Assembly: GCA_943787795.1 (NCBI GenBank)
Contig: CALSNU010000001.1
Coordinates: forward strand, 704,001 to 768,000
DNA from: an uncultured bacterium
GTDB lineage: Bacteria; Planctomycetota; UBA1135; GCA-002686595
Direction: 5' to 3'
DNA: 64,000 bases
Shown here: piece by piece, positions 38,976 to 48,902 of the stretch
How positions within the stretch are numbered: position 1 is the stretch's first letter
Layout of the letters: every line of letters begins with the position of its first letter
Made by a program: the position numbers and the translations under genes
The notes under the pieces: generated by a model
The model's database searches: none
Seen by the model: the letters and a program-made list of their open reading frames with translations, nothing else
Told to the model about the DNA's origin: nothing

Positions 38976-40184
38976 ATGACGCGGATCCTCGGACTTTGCT
39001 CGGGCGACCCCACCAGTCGCAGGAGCTTCTCCGGGTCGGCGCGCCAACTGTTTCGCGCGCTGGAGCGCCGTGACGTCCTCGAGGGCGCGGTCGACGTGGA
39101 CCTCTCCAGGCTCGGCAGGTTGCTCACCCGCACCGTCGAGGTCGCGCGCTCCCGCCGGATCGCGGCGCATCGGCTCCGGGCACGCTGGGCCCCGATCGAC
39201 ATGGCGCTTCGTTCACGCCGTGCCAGCCGGTGCCTCGAGCGGTCCGGTGCTGACGCCGCGCTGATGTACGGGACCGACTTCTTCCCCGCCACAGGGGGCG
39301 GGCGCGCGGCTGTGCCGGTGGGAGCGGCGCTCGATGCGACCTTCGCGCAGATCGCCCGCGCCGGGGAGCACGACTTCGGGTCCCTCACCCCCCTCGAGGT
39401 GGAGGCGTGCGTGGCGCGGCAACGGAGCGTCTTCGATCGCTGCGAGGTCCTCTTCCCAAGAACGGAGTGGTGCGCGGCCTCCCTCGAGGAGGACTATGGC
39501 ATCGGCGAAGAGCGGCTGGTGGTGACGGGTGCGGGGACGAACTTTGACGGGGACTTGCCGAGCCGAGGGCCGTACGACGGCCGCACCCTGCTGTTCGTCG
39601 GTCGAGATTGGCGGCGCAAGAATGGTCCCCTCGTCCTCGATGCCTTTCGTCTCGCGCGCGAGCGGCGCCCCGAGCTTCGACTGGTCATCATTGGCCCGCC
39701 CGATGTGGGCCAGCGTGAGCCGGGGGTCGAGTGGGTTGGCGCCCTCGACGGAGACCGGCGCGAGGAGCTGGTGGCGCGCTACCGCGAAGCCTCTCTCTAC
39801 CTCTGCCCTTCGCGCTTCGAGCCCTTCGGGGTCGCGTTCCTCGAGGCCATGTCGGCGGGGTGCCCGGTCGTGGCGCTGGACCGCGGCGCGGCGCGTGAGA
39901 TCATCGAGGATGGCGTCACGGGTTCGCTGCTCCGAGACGACGAGCCGGCGGCGCTTGCTGAGGTGATCCTCCGGTGGACCTCCGACCTTGATCGACTCAC
40001 CGCTGCGGGGACCCAGGCCAGGAGGACCGTCGAGAAGAGCTGGGGGTGGGACCGCGCGGCTCGCCGGGTGGAGGAGGGGCTGCTCTCGGTGGGACCCGGG
40101 TTATTGCTCAGGCCGCGGGGGACCGGGATTCGAGGCGGGTCGGCTCCGGTGGAACGACCGGCCTCGGCGGCGCGCGTGCGCTGA
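38976..40184 (+). CDS. Glycosyltransferase family 4
   Basis: LFVGR...RKNG, PSRFEPFGVAFLEAMSAGCPVV, EIIEDGVTG. Confidence 0.9.
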   Translation: MTRILGLCSGDPTSRRSFSGSARQLFRALERRDVLEGAVDVDLSRLGRLLTRTVEVARSRRIAAHRLRARWAPIDMALRSRRASRCLERSGADAALMYGTDFFPATGGGRAAVPVGAALDATFAQIARAGEHDFGSLTPLEVEACVARQRSVFDRCEVLFPRTEWCAASLEEDYGIGEERLVVTGAGTNFDGDLPSRGPYDGRTLLFVGRDWRRKNGPLVLDAFRLARERRPELRLVIIGPPDVGQREPGVEWVGALDGDRREELVARYREASLYLCPSRFEPFGVAFLEAMSAGCPVVALDRGAAREIIEDGVTGSLLRDDEPAALAEVILRWTSDLDRLTAAGTQARRTVEKSWGWDRAARRVEEGLLSVGPGLLLRPRGTGIRGGSAPVERPASAARVR

Positions 40185-40283
40185 TTACCCCTCGGTAGCG
40201 CGGTGCACGCATGGGAATTCGAGCGCGCAAGAAATAGTCGGGAGCCCCCTTCGATAGCGATGGAGAAGCCCCTGGCTCCCTCA

Positions 40284-40336
40284 GTCTCCTGCTCCCATGA
40301 CACTGTCTCCCGCTCCCACGACACCGTCTCCTGCTC
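40284..40336. repeat. 21-bp direct repeat x2.5
   Basis: gtctcctgctcccatgacact / gtctcccgctcccacgacacc / gtctcctgctc, ending 2 nt before ATG 40339. Confidence 0.8.
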
Positions 40337-40338
40337 TG

Positions 40339-40935
40339 ATGAAGTCGCCCTCGCTCTTCCTCCGCCTGCCGGTTGCCCTCGGTCTGTCCGTCCCGCTCCT
40401 CAGCGGCAGCTGCGGGTCGGCGCCCGAGATCGAGCCCGTCCCCAACGGCGCATTCACCTTCGTGGATGGCGGAGAGGCGTCGGGGTTCGAGCGCTACCGG
40501 CTCACGCTGCCTGTTCCCCTCGACCTCGATCGAGCTCAGGTGGTCCGGCATGAGCTGGCGTGGTGTCCCGGCACCGCGATGGTGGGCTACCTGGACCTTG
40601 ACCTTCCGCTGTCCCCCCCCGGTGCGCCGGGGAAGGCGTCGTACCCCTGGGCAGCCACCACCTTCGAGCTTCGGCTCGAGGACGCGACCGGGCGAGCGAT
40701 CTTCAGGGAGAGGGCGCCCCTTGGGGAGTGGACCTGGTCCGGGGCCGTCGGCGGCGCGACAACCTCGCTCTACACCGAGGAGACCTGCTTCGAGCCCACG
40801 GGGGAGGGCCCCTTCACCCTCGTGGCCGAGGTGGTCCCTGCAGCCGAGGGTGCGCCCGCTGGGGTGCTCGGGCTCCGGGGCGGTGGCTGGAAGACGGAGG
40901 GCAAGCCGATGCCCGTGTCCGCGATCTTCCGCTAG
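40339..40935 (+). CDS. Hypothetical lipoprotein
   Basis: Signal with lipobox-like LSGSC. Start could also be 40297. Confidence 0.6.
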   Translation: MKSPSLFLRLPVALGLSVPLLSGSCGSAPEIEPVPNGAFTFVDGGEASGFERYRLTLPVPLDLDRAQVVRHELAWCPGTAMVGYLDLDLPLSPPGAPGKASYPWAATTFELRLEDATGRAIFRERAPLGEWTWSGAVGGATTSLYTEETCFEPTGEGPFTLVAEVVPAAEGAPAGVLGLRGGGWKTEGKPMPVSAIFR

Positions 40936-41006
40936 CGGGCCCCCGCCGGAGAATCGGTGCCCCGGGGGAGGTGAGGCGGAGGATCCGGTGTGGGTAGACT
41001 CCAACC

Positions 41007-42479
41007 ATGATCCTCGAGAGCCTCCTCCTCGCTGCGGCGAGCCTCCAGGTTGCGGACGACGGCGCTATCACGATCGGCCAGGCCCGGCAACTCTTCGTGG
41101 ACCGTCACCTGATCGAGTCCACCGAGGGCTGCGAACTCCGGCTCGCGGCCCCCAGGGATGAGGGCCCGGTGTTCGAGTTCGACGCGCCCTGGGAGGGGCG
41201 CTTCTCCGCCTACTCGACGGTGATCGCCCACGAGGGGAGCTTCCTCCTGTACTACCGCGGTCTCGCGACAGCGGGGGCTGACGGTTCGGATCTTGAGCGG
41301 ACGTGCGTGGCGATGAGCGACGACGGTCTCAAGTGGCGCCGGCCTTCGGTCGGCCTCTTCGAGGTTGGGGGCAGCCGGGATAACAACGTGGTGCTCGCGG
41401 AGGAGCCGCCGTTCTCCCACAACTTCAGCCCCTTCCTGGATACCCGGCCCGGCGTCCCCGCGGGCGAGCGCTTCAAGGCGCTGAGCGGCATCGAGGCCTC
41501 GGGCCTCGTGGGCTGGAGGTCCGCCGACGGGCTGCGGTGGGAGCGCGTGAGGGAAGCGCCGCTCATGACGGACGGGATGTTCGACTCCCAGAACGTGGCC
41601 TTCTGGTCGGAGGCCGAGGGCTGCTACGTCTGCTACATGCGGACCTGGACGGGGGAGAACTACACCGGCTTCCGCTCGGTGAGTCGAGCGACGTCCACGG
41701 ACTTCCTGACCTGGACGGAGTCGCGGCCCATGACCTTCACGGGGGAAGGCCTGGAGCACATCTACACCAACCAGACCCACCCGTACTTCCGCGCTCCTCA
41801 GATCTACGTCGCCGTCGCCGCCCGCTTCATGCCTGGCCGGGCGGTGCTCGACGCGGAGAGTGCGGCGCGGCTCGGCGTGGATCCCGCGTACTTCCGCGAC
41901 TGCTCCGACGCGGTCCTGCTCACCTCCCGCGGTGGGTCGACCTACGACCGGACCTTCCGGGAGGCCTTCCTGCGGCCGGGCGTTGGCCTGGAGAACTGGG
42001 TCTCTCGCTCCAATTATCCGGCCTTGAACGTGGTCCAGACCGGTCCGGCGGAGATGTCGCTGTACGTCAACCAGAACTATGCGCAGCCGACCGCGGCGCT
42101 GCACCGCTACTCCCTGAGGCTCGACGGCTTCGCGAGCCTCCACGCGGGGTTCGCGGGCGGAGCGCTGACCACGCGACCGCTCCGCTTCGAGGGAGACGCC
42201 CTCGAGGTCAACTACGCGACGTCGGCGGCGGGAGGGCTACGGGTGGAGGTCCTCGGGAAGGACGGCGAGGCGATCCCTGGCTTCGGCCTCGAGGAGGCCG
42301 CGGAGCTCATCGGCAACGAGGTGGATGGGGCGGTCCAGTGGACGGGCGGCGCTGACCTCGGGGCGCTCGCGGGGCAGCCAGTTCGCCTCCGGTTTCACCT
42401 GAGCGATGGGGACCTGTATTCGTGGCGCTTTCACCAGGCGCCGGTCAGGGTCGAGCTAGACGAATCGCGAGGCGGCTGA
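41007..42479 (+). CDS. Exported beta-propeller glycoside-hydrolase-like protein
   Basis: RQLFVD, Asp-box-like SDDGLKW / SADGLRW / STDFLTW, FDSQN, LRLDGFAS. Confidence 0.7.
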   Translation: MILESLLLAAASLQVADDGAITIGQARQLFVDRHLIESTEGCELRLAAPRDEGPVFEFDAPWEGRFSAYSTVIAHEGSFLLYYRGLATAGADGSDLERTCVAMSDDGLKWRRPSVGLFEVGGSRDNNVVLAEEPPFSHNFSPFLDTRPGVPAGERFKALSGIEASGLVGWRSADGLRWERVREAPLMTDGMFDSQNVAFWSEAEGCYVCYMRTWTGENYTGFRSVSRATSTDFLTWTESRPMTFTGEGLEHIYTNQTHPYFRAPQIYVAVAARFMPGRAVLDAESAARLGVDPAYFRDCSDAVLLTSRGGSTYDRTFREAFLRPGVGLENWVSRSNYPALNVVQTGPAEMSLYVNQNYAQPTAALHRYSLRLDGFASLHAGFAGGALTTRPLRFEGDALEVNYATSAAGGLRVEVLGKDGEAIPGFGLEEAAELIGNEVDGAVQWTGGADLGALAGQPVRLRFHLSDGDLYSWRFHQAPVRVELDESRGG

Positions 42480-42513
42480 GTTCATCGGTGCACCTCTCAC
42501 CCTTCACGCTCCC

Positions 42514-44586
42514 ATGCTTCAAGCGCTGCTGCTCTGTCTCGTCGGCCCCTCTGTCTCCCAGGACCTGACGCCGGACGTGGTGATTTACGGGGGGACGAGC
42601 GCCGGAGTGATCGCCGCCTGTCAGGTCCAGCGCATGGGGGGCAGCGTCTTGCTCGTTGACCCCGACGGCCGGCTCGGGGGGCTCTCCAGCGGCGGGCTGG
42701 GGGCCACCGACATCGGGCACAAGGACGCGGTCGGGGGACTCTCTCGCGAGTTCTACCGGCGCGTATCGCGCCACTACGACCGGCCCGAGGCCTGGCGCCA
42801 GGAGCGCGCCGAGGAGTACCAGGGGGGAGCCCGCGCCAGCGATGGCGAGGTCATGTGGGCCTTCGAGCCGCACGTGGCCGAGCAGATCTTCGAGGGGTTG
42901 ATCGAGGAGTACGGCGTCACGGTCCTCCGGGGCGAGCGACTCGACCGGTCCCCCGGCGGCATCGGGCTTGCGACGGCAGAGGGCGGCGACGGCCCCACGA
43001 TCCAGTGGATCAAGACCGAGTCCGGGCGCCGGATCGAGGGGCGAGTGTTCATGGACGCGACCTACGAGGGAGACCTCATGGCCCTCGCGGGGATCAGCTA
43101 CACGGTGGGGCGCGAGGGGGAGGCGGAGTTCGGTGAGTCCCTGGCGGGCGTCCGCACGGCCCTCGCCCGCTACCACCAGTTCGCCCCCGACGTCGATCCC
43201 TGGGTCCGCCCCGGCGACCCCACCAGCGGACTCCTGCCGGAGGTGGGGCAGGAGGGGCCGCGGAGAGACGGCGAGGGAGACCGCAACGTGCAGGCCTACT
43301 GCCTGCGGCTCTGCTTCACGGATGACCCGGAGAACCGGCGGCCCATCGTCGCGCCCGAGGGCTACGACGCCGCGCGCTACGAGCTCCTGCTGCGCGACTT
43401 CGAGGCGGGCGCGGACCGCGCGCCCTGGAGTCCGATCGGGATGCCGAACCGCAAGACCGACACCAACAACAACCGCGGCGTGTCCCTCGACTGGATCGGC
43501 CACAGCGAACCCTGGGCCGAGGCCAGCTACGCGGAGCGCGCGGACCTCTACCAGGCCCACCGGCGCTGGACCGAGGGGCTGCTCTGGACGCTGGTGTCGA
43601 GCGACCGGGTGCCCGAGGAGATCCGCGCGGAGATCAGGCGGTGGGGGCCAGCGAGGGACGAGTTCGTGGAGACGGGCGGGTACTCCCCTCAGCTCTACGT
43701 GCGCGAGGCGCGGCGCATGCGGGGGGCGCTGGTGATGACCGAGCACCACTGCCGGAGCGTCGAGACCGCGACCGCGCCGGTGGGACTGGCGGCGTACACG
43801 ATGGACTCCCACAACGTGCGGCGCTACGTGGACGCGTCAGGGCACGTGCGCAACGAGGGGGACGTGCAGGTGCGCGTCCCGCGGCCGTTCCGCATCGGGT
43901 ATGACGCGCTGACCCCGGTCCGCGCCGAGTGCGAGAACCTGCTCGTGGTCTGCTGCCCCTCCGCGACCCACGTGGCCTTCGGTTCGATCCGGATGGAGCC
44001 CGTGTTCATGATTCTCGCCCAGTCGGCGGCCACCGCCGCCGTGCACGCCGTCCGTTCGGCCTGCAGCGTCCAGGCGGTGGATCGGGACCGGCTCGAGGAG
44101 CGGCTGCTGGCCGACGGCCAGGTCCTCGCTCCCCCGCCGGCCAAGGAGGCGCAGACGGGCCGCCCCCTCGGGAGCCTCGGGACCATCGTGGTGGATGAGG
44201 ATGCGGCCGAGCGCGACGGCTTCGAGATCCTCAGCCAGTCGGCGGCCGGGTGGTTCGGGGCGGGGTACCGGCACGACGGCAATGATCGCAAGGGGGCACA
44301 GCGGGTGCGCTACCGGCTCCAGGTCCCCGAGGCGGGGCGTTACGAGGTGCGCGTCGCCTGGACGGCGAGCGGGAACCGTGCTTCCGCGGTGCCCGTCGAG
44401 GTCCGGACCGGCGGGCGGTTCGAGCGCTTCGAGCTGGACCAGCGACAGCCCCCGAGCCAGGGCGCGTTCCAGATCCTCGGGTCCTGGGAGCTCGAGCCGG
44501 GAGAGCTGGTCGTGGAGATCTCGAATCGCGGGACGGACGGCTATGTCATCGCTGATGCCGTGGCGCTCCAGCCCGTGACGGACTGA
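42514..44586 (+). CDS. Exported FAD-dependent oxidoreductase with C-terminal CBM/xanthan-lyase-like domain
   Basis: VVIYGGTSAG, DATYEGDL, YVREARR, SIRMEP; C-terminal GRYEV...NRAS...SNRGTDGYVIADAV. Confidence 0.85.
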   Translation: MLQALLLCLVGPSVSQDLTPDVVIYGGTSAGVIAACQVQRMGGSVLLVDPDGRLGGLSSGGLGATDIGHKDAVGGLSREFYRRVSRHYDRPEAWRQERAEEYQGGARASDGEVMWAFEPHVAEQIFEGLIEEYGVTVLRGERLDRSPGGIGLATAEGGDGPTIQWIKTESGRRIEGRVFMDATYEGDLMALAGISYTVGREGEAEFGESLAGVRTALARYHQFAPDVDPWVRPGDPTSGLLPEVGQEGPRRDGEGDRNVQAYCLRLCFTDDPENRRPIVAPEGYDAARYELLLRDFEAGADRAPWSPIGMPNRKTDTNNNRGVSLDWIGHSEPWAEASYAERADLYQAHRRWTEGLLWTLVSSDRVPEEIRAEIRRWGPARDEFVETGGYSPQLYVREARRMRGALVMTEHHCRSVETATAPVGLAAYTMDSHNVRRYVDASGHVRNEGDVQVRVPRPFRIGYDALTPVRAECENLLVVCCPSATHVAFGSIRMEPVFMILAQSAATAAVHAVRSACSVQAVDRDRLEERLLADGQVLAPPPAKEAQTGRPLGSLGTIVVDEDAAERDGFEILSQSAAGWFGAGYRHDGNDRKGAQRVRYRLQVPEAGRYEVRVAWTASGNRASAVPVEVRTGGRFERFELDQRQPPSQGAFQILGSWELEPGELVVEISNRGTDGYVIADAVALQPVTD

Positions 44587-44610
44587 CGGTCCCGGACCCG
44601 CGCTCGGCCG

Positions 44611-46230
44611 TCAGCGCCCCGAGCCGGATGCGTCTGGGGCGACCTTCGAAGCAGCCGCCATTCCACGCGGGGGCCGCGAGAGCGGAGCGGTTCGCCCGCC
44701 CTCCGGGGCGGTCAGGCGGGCGAGGAGCGCTCTCATCTCGTCGCGCTTCTCGGGCTCGGTGGCGAACAGGTTGGTCGCCTCTCCCGGATCCCGGCCGAGG
44801 TGGTAGAGCTGGCCCGCGGGCGGCTCCCCCTCGCCCTCGGGGAGCGCGTACTCCTTCATCCAGCCCTTCGAGTAGTTGTTGCCGCCCGAGCCGGCGTGGT
44901 CCAGGTACTTCCACGGGCCCACCCGCAGCTGGAACTGACCGCGGAAGCTCTGGGTGATCATGTAAGGCCGGATAGTCTCGGCGTCGTCCTGCAGGCCGAG
45001 CATCGCCGGGAGCATGTCGAAGCTGTCCACGGCGACCTCGGCGGGGAGCTCGTATCCCGCGACGGACGCGACGGTCGCGAAGAGGTCGGTGGTGTTCGTG
45101 AGCTGGCTGGAGACCTGACCGGCGGGGATGTGACCGGGCCAGCGAGCGATGAACGGGACGCGGTGCCCGCCCTCCCAGCCGTCGCGCTTCATGCCGCGCA
45201 GCCCGCCCGCGGCGTCGTGCTCGTGGTCCTCGCGCATCCAGCGCGTGTGCAGCGTCTCGGGACCGTTGTCCGAGTTGAACATCACAAGCGTGTCCCCACC
45301 GATCTCCAGCTCAGCCAAGGCGTCGAGCAGCCGGCCCGTGATCTGGTCGAGCTCCCGCACGAAGTCCCCGCGCGGCCCGGCGCCGGAGGTCCCCGCGAAC
45401 TCAGGCGAGGGGAGCACGGGCGCGTGGGAGATCTGGGTCGACAGCACCAGGAAGAAGGGCTCGTCCGGGCGCTGCTCCCGGTGGGACCGGATGAAGGTGA
45501 GGGCCTTCTCCAGGAAGAGCTGGTCCGCGCCCACGAAGCGATACCCCGGCGCCATCCAGCCCTCGTCATTGTCCCAGCGCCACTTGCCGCCCGGGTTCGG
45601 CAGGCGGTCTCGCTTGTGGCGGACGCTCGCGGGCGTCACGACCATGCCGTCCTGGAGGTAGAGGTAGAGGGGGTCGGTGGTGGGGCAGTTGGGCGTCACG
45701 AAGGACACGTCGAAGCCCCGGGCGTTCGGCCCATCCACGAGCGGGGTGCTCTTCTCGTAGTCGATCTTGAGGGAGTTCTCGAAGCCGCCGCCCAGGCGCT
45801 TCCCCTCGCTATCGAACCATGTCAGCCCCACGTGCCACTTGCCGAACACCGCGGTGCGGTAGCCCGCCGAGCGGGCCATGTCCGCGATCGACACCATCCC
45901 CGGCTCGAGGTAGCTCGGCCCCCCCGGCCCCTCGAAGGCCCGGGACCCGCGACCCGTCCGGCAGATCAGCTGGCCCGCGTAGAGCCCCGCCCGGGAGGGG
46001 GAGCAGATGGTCGAGGGGCTGTGGGCGTCCGTGAAGCGGATGCCCTCTGCCGCCATCTGATCCAGCCGCGGCGTCTCGTAGGCCGACTCAGGGTTGTAGG
46101 CCGAGAGGTCCCCGTAGCCGAGGTCGTCCGCGTAGACGATCACGACGTTCGGGAGATCCTGAGCCGCCGAGGTCAGCGGGCTCAGGGAGGCGAACAGAGC
46201 GAGCAAGGACAGCCGAATGGGGGAGGGCAT
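44611..46230 (-). CDS. Exported arylsulfatase-family protein
   Basis: PNVVIVYADDLGYGD, CSPSR, GKWHVG, SDNG, WEGGHRVP. Confidence 0.93.
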   Translation of the reverse strand: MPSPIRLSLLALFASLSPLTSAAQDLPNVVIVYADDLGYGDLSAYNPESAYETPRLDQMAAEGIRFTDAHSPSTICSPSRAGLYAGQLICRTGRGSRAFEGPGGPSYLEPGMVSIADMARSAGYRTAVFGKWHVGLTWFDSEGKRLGGGFENSLKIDYEKSTPLVDGPNARGFDVSFVTPNCPTTDPLYLYLQDGMVVTPASVRHKRDRLPNPGGKWRWDNDEGWMAPGYRFVGADQLFLEKALTFIRSHREQRPDEPFFLVLSTQISHAPVLPSPEFAGTSGAGPRGDFVRELDQITGRLLDALAELEIGGDTLVMFNSDNGPETLHTRWMREDHEHDAAGGLRGMKRDGWEGGHRVPFIARWPGHIPAGQVSSQLTNTTDLFATVASVAGYELPAEVAVDSFDMLPAMLGLQDDAETIRPYMITQSFRGQFQLRVGPWKYLDHAGSGGNNYSKGWMKEYALPEGEGEPPAGQLYHLGRDPGEATNLFATEPEKRDEMRALLARLTAPEGGRTAPLSRPPRGMAAASKVAPDASGSGR

Positions 46231-46267
46231 GGCCCCATGGTACGGACCGCTCCCCTGCGCCAGCCTC

Positions 46268-47419
46268 TCAGACCGTCGCGACCGGCGCGGTCTCGCCCAC
46301 GGGGGCGAGGGCCTCGTCGGCGCTCCAGAGGACGTTGTAGATGGTGTCGCGCTCGACCGGGATGCGGCCCGCGTCGCGGATCCACTGGACGAGCTCGGCG
46401 CGCAGGACCTTCTGGGGGGTGGTGGCGCCCGCCTCGTGGTAGATCTTCTCCTCGACCACGGTGCCGTCCACGTCGTCCGCCCCGTAGGCCAGCGCCATCT
46501 GGGCGACCGGGATCGAGAGCATGATCCAGTAGGCCTTGATGTGGGGGATGTTGTCGAGCAGCAGGCGGCTCACGGCGATCTCCCGCAGCTCCTCCAGGGC
46601 TGTGGGCCCGGGGAGGTGGCTCCACTCGGTGTTGTCCGGGTGGAAGCTGAGGGGGATGTAGGTCTGGAAGCCGCCGGTCTCGTCCTGCAGGAGGCGCAGG
46701 CGGTCCAGGTGGTCGACCCGCTCCTCCACGGTCTCGATGTGGCCGTGGAGCATGGTGCAGTTGGAGTGCAGGCCCGCCTGGTGCACGGTGCGCGCCGTGT
46801 CGATCCACTCGTCGCCGGTATTCTTCTTGTCGTAGCCCTCGTCGCGCACGCGGTCCGCGAAGACCTCGGCGCCGCCGCCGGGGCACGAGCCGAGCCCGGC
46901 TTCCACGAGCTCCGGCAGCACCTCCGCCAGGGGCTTCTTGGCCCGGCGCGCGATCTGCATCAGCTCGATCATGGTGAACGCCTTGATGTGGATGCCCGGT
47001 CGGACCTCCTTCACGGCGCGCAGGATGTCGAGGTAGTACTCGTAGGGGAGCTTGGGGTAGATCCCCGCCACCATGTGCACCTCGGTCACCGGCTCGTCGA
47101 GCTGGGCGCGGATCTTCTCGGCGACCTCCTCCGGCTTCATCACGTAGGCGCCCTCCTGGCCGGGGAGGCGCTGGAACGCGCAGAAGCGGCAGAGCTTGTT
47201 GCAGACGTTCGTGTAGTTGACGTGCTGATTGACGTTGAAGTACGTCAGGTCGCCGTGCTTGCGCTCGCGGACCCAGTTGGCCAGCGCGCCGACTGCGTGC
47301 AGGTCGGCGCCGTAGAGGCGGACGCCGTCCTCTCGGGAGAGGCGCTCGCCGGCGAACACGCGCTCCGCGATGTCCCCGATCCCGGCGGCCGCGGCCTGGG
47401 TTTGGATGGCGCTGCTCAT
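46268..47419 (-). CDS. mqnE: Aminofutalosine synthase (radical SAM)
   Basis: NYTNVCNKLCRFCAF, HIKAFT, PGGGAEVF, HIKAYW, DVDGTVVEEKIYH, ERDT. Confidence 0.92.
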   Translation of the reverse strand: MSSAIQTQAAAAGIGDIAERVFAGERLSREDGVRLYGADLHAVGALANWVRERKHGDLTYFNVNQHVNYTNVCNKLCRFCAFQRLPGQEGAYVMKPEEVAEKIRAQLDEPVTEVHMVAGIYPKLPYEYYLDILRAVKEVRPGIHIKAFTMIELMQIARRAKKPLAEVLPELVEAGLGSCPGGGAEVFADRVRDEGYDKKNTGDEWIDTARTVHQAGLHSNCTMLHGHIETVEERVDHLDRLRLLQDETGGFQTYIPLSFHPDNTEWSHLPGPTALEELREIAVSRLLLDNIPHIKAYWIMLSIPVAQMALAYGADDVDGTVVEEKIYHEAGATTPQKVLRAELVQWIRDAGRIPVERDTIYNVLWSADEALAPVGETAPVATV

Positions 47420-48661
47420 GCCCGAACCCCGGGCGCGGCGTCTTCACGGTTGGCGGGGAACACGGGCTCGTCGTGGCGTTCGTCCACGAGCCCGTACCAG
47501 GAGTTGCGCTGGCGCGGCGTGAAGCCCGCCGACTGGATCAGGTGCTCCACGGTCTGGACCGAGGAGAGGTGGAAGCAGCCTGCGGCGGAGACGACGTTCT
47601 CCTCCAGCATGGTGCCCCCGAAGTCGTTGGCGCCGAACTGCAGGCTCATCTGGCCCATCTTCATGCCCTGGGTCACGTAGCTGGTCTGGATGTTGTCGAC
47701 GTTGTCGAGGAAGATCCGGCTCAGGGCCTGCACCCGCAGGTAGACGGCCGGCGTGGCCTTCTCCGGGTAGTCCTGCTCCTCGGGGACGCCATCGGGCTGG
47801 CAGGTCCAAGAGATGAAGGCCGTGAAGCCGCCGGTCTCGTCCTGCAGGTCGCGGACACGCTGGAAGTGCTCGACCCGCTCGGCCGCCGTCTCCACGTGGC
47901 CGAACATCATCGTCGCGCTCGAGCGCAGGCCGCCCTCGTGGATCTTGCGGTGCACGTCGAGCCAGCGGTCGGTGGTGGTCTTCTTCGGCGCGATGATCTT
48001 GCGTACGCGCTCCACGAGCATCTCGGCGCCGGCGCCCGGGACGCTTCCGAGGCCCGCCGCCTTGAGGTCACGGATGACCTCCTCGATGGGCCGCTTCTCG
48101 TACTGGGCGAAGTGGTCCAGCTCGGGGGCGGACAGCGCGTGACTGTTCACGTCCGGGAAGCGCTCGCGCAGGTCACTGATCAGCTCGCCCCACCACTCTG
48201 ACAGGATGCGCGGATGGTGCCCGCCCTGCATGAGCACCTGCCGGCCGCCCAGGCGCGCGAGCTCGCTGACCTTGTCGTAGATCTCTGTGCGCGAGAGGAC
48301 ATAGGCCTCCGGATCACCGGGGGACCGGTAGAAGGCGCAGAACCCGCAGTCGGTCAGGCAGACGTTCGTCGGGTTGATGTTCCGGTCGACGATGTACGTC
48401 ACCCGGTTCTCGGGGTGCTTGCGACGGCGGACGATGTCGGCGAGCCGCCCGAGGGTCAGGAGGTCCGCGTGGTCGTGGAGGTGGAGGGGCCTCCTCGGCG
48501 CTGATGCGCTGGTCGTCCTCGACCTTGCCCGCGATTCGCGCGACGACCTCGTCGTTCTTGCTCGCGGAGGCGAGGGGAGAGCGCCACTCCTGGGGGCGCC
48601 GCCCGGAAGGGGTCTCGTGGGGGCCTCGGGCGGCCTCGGTGGCAGATGCGACCTCGATCAT
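47416..48661 (-). CDS. mqnC: Cyclic dehypoxanthine futalosine synthase (radical SAM); one apparent +1 frameshift at ~48487
   Basis: TYIVDRNINPTNVCLTDCGFCAFYR, PGAGAEML, GANDFGGTMLEENVV. Removing one base from the run at 48486-48489 joins ...ISAEEA to LHLHDHADLLTLGRLADIVRRRKHP (414 aa). Confidence 0.9.
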
Positions 48662-48902
48662 GGCGCGGAGATCCTAGGCGATTCCGACGTGCTTCTTACC
48701 CCCCTGAACGCCCCTCTTCGCGGGTATCCCCCTGTGGCGCCCGCAGGGCCCTGGGGCGCGGCGGGAGGCCGCACTAAAGCGGCCCGAAATCGTCACCATG
48801 GCGCTACCTTGTGTCTCGGCGGTGCCCATGGGCGGCGCTGCCGCGGCCGGAGCCCTGCTCGGCCCAACCCAAGTCACTGCCGCCGAGGCGGAGGAACCCA
48901 GA

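Noticed and set aside
48480..48495. Programmed frameshift or true pseudogene in mqnC (likewise rnhB at ~63010)
   Set aside because: No slippery heptamer is evident, and the same +1-in-short-run pattern recurs in unrelated genes, favouring sequencing error.
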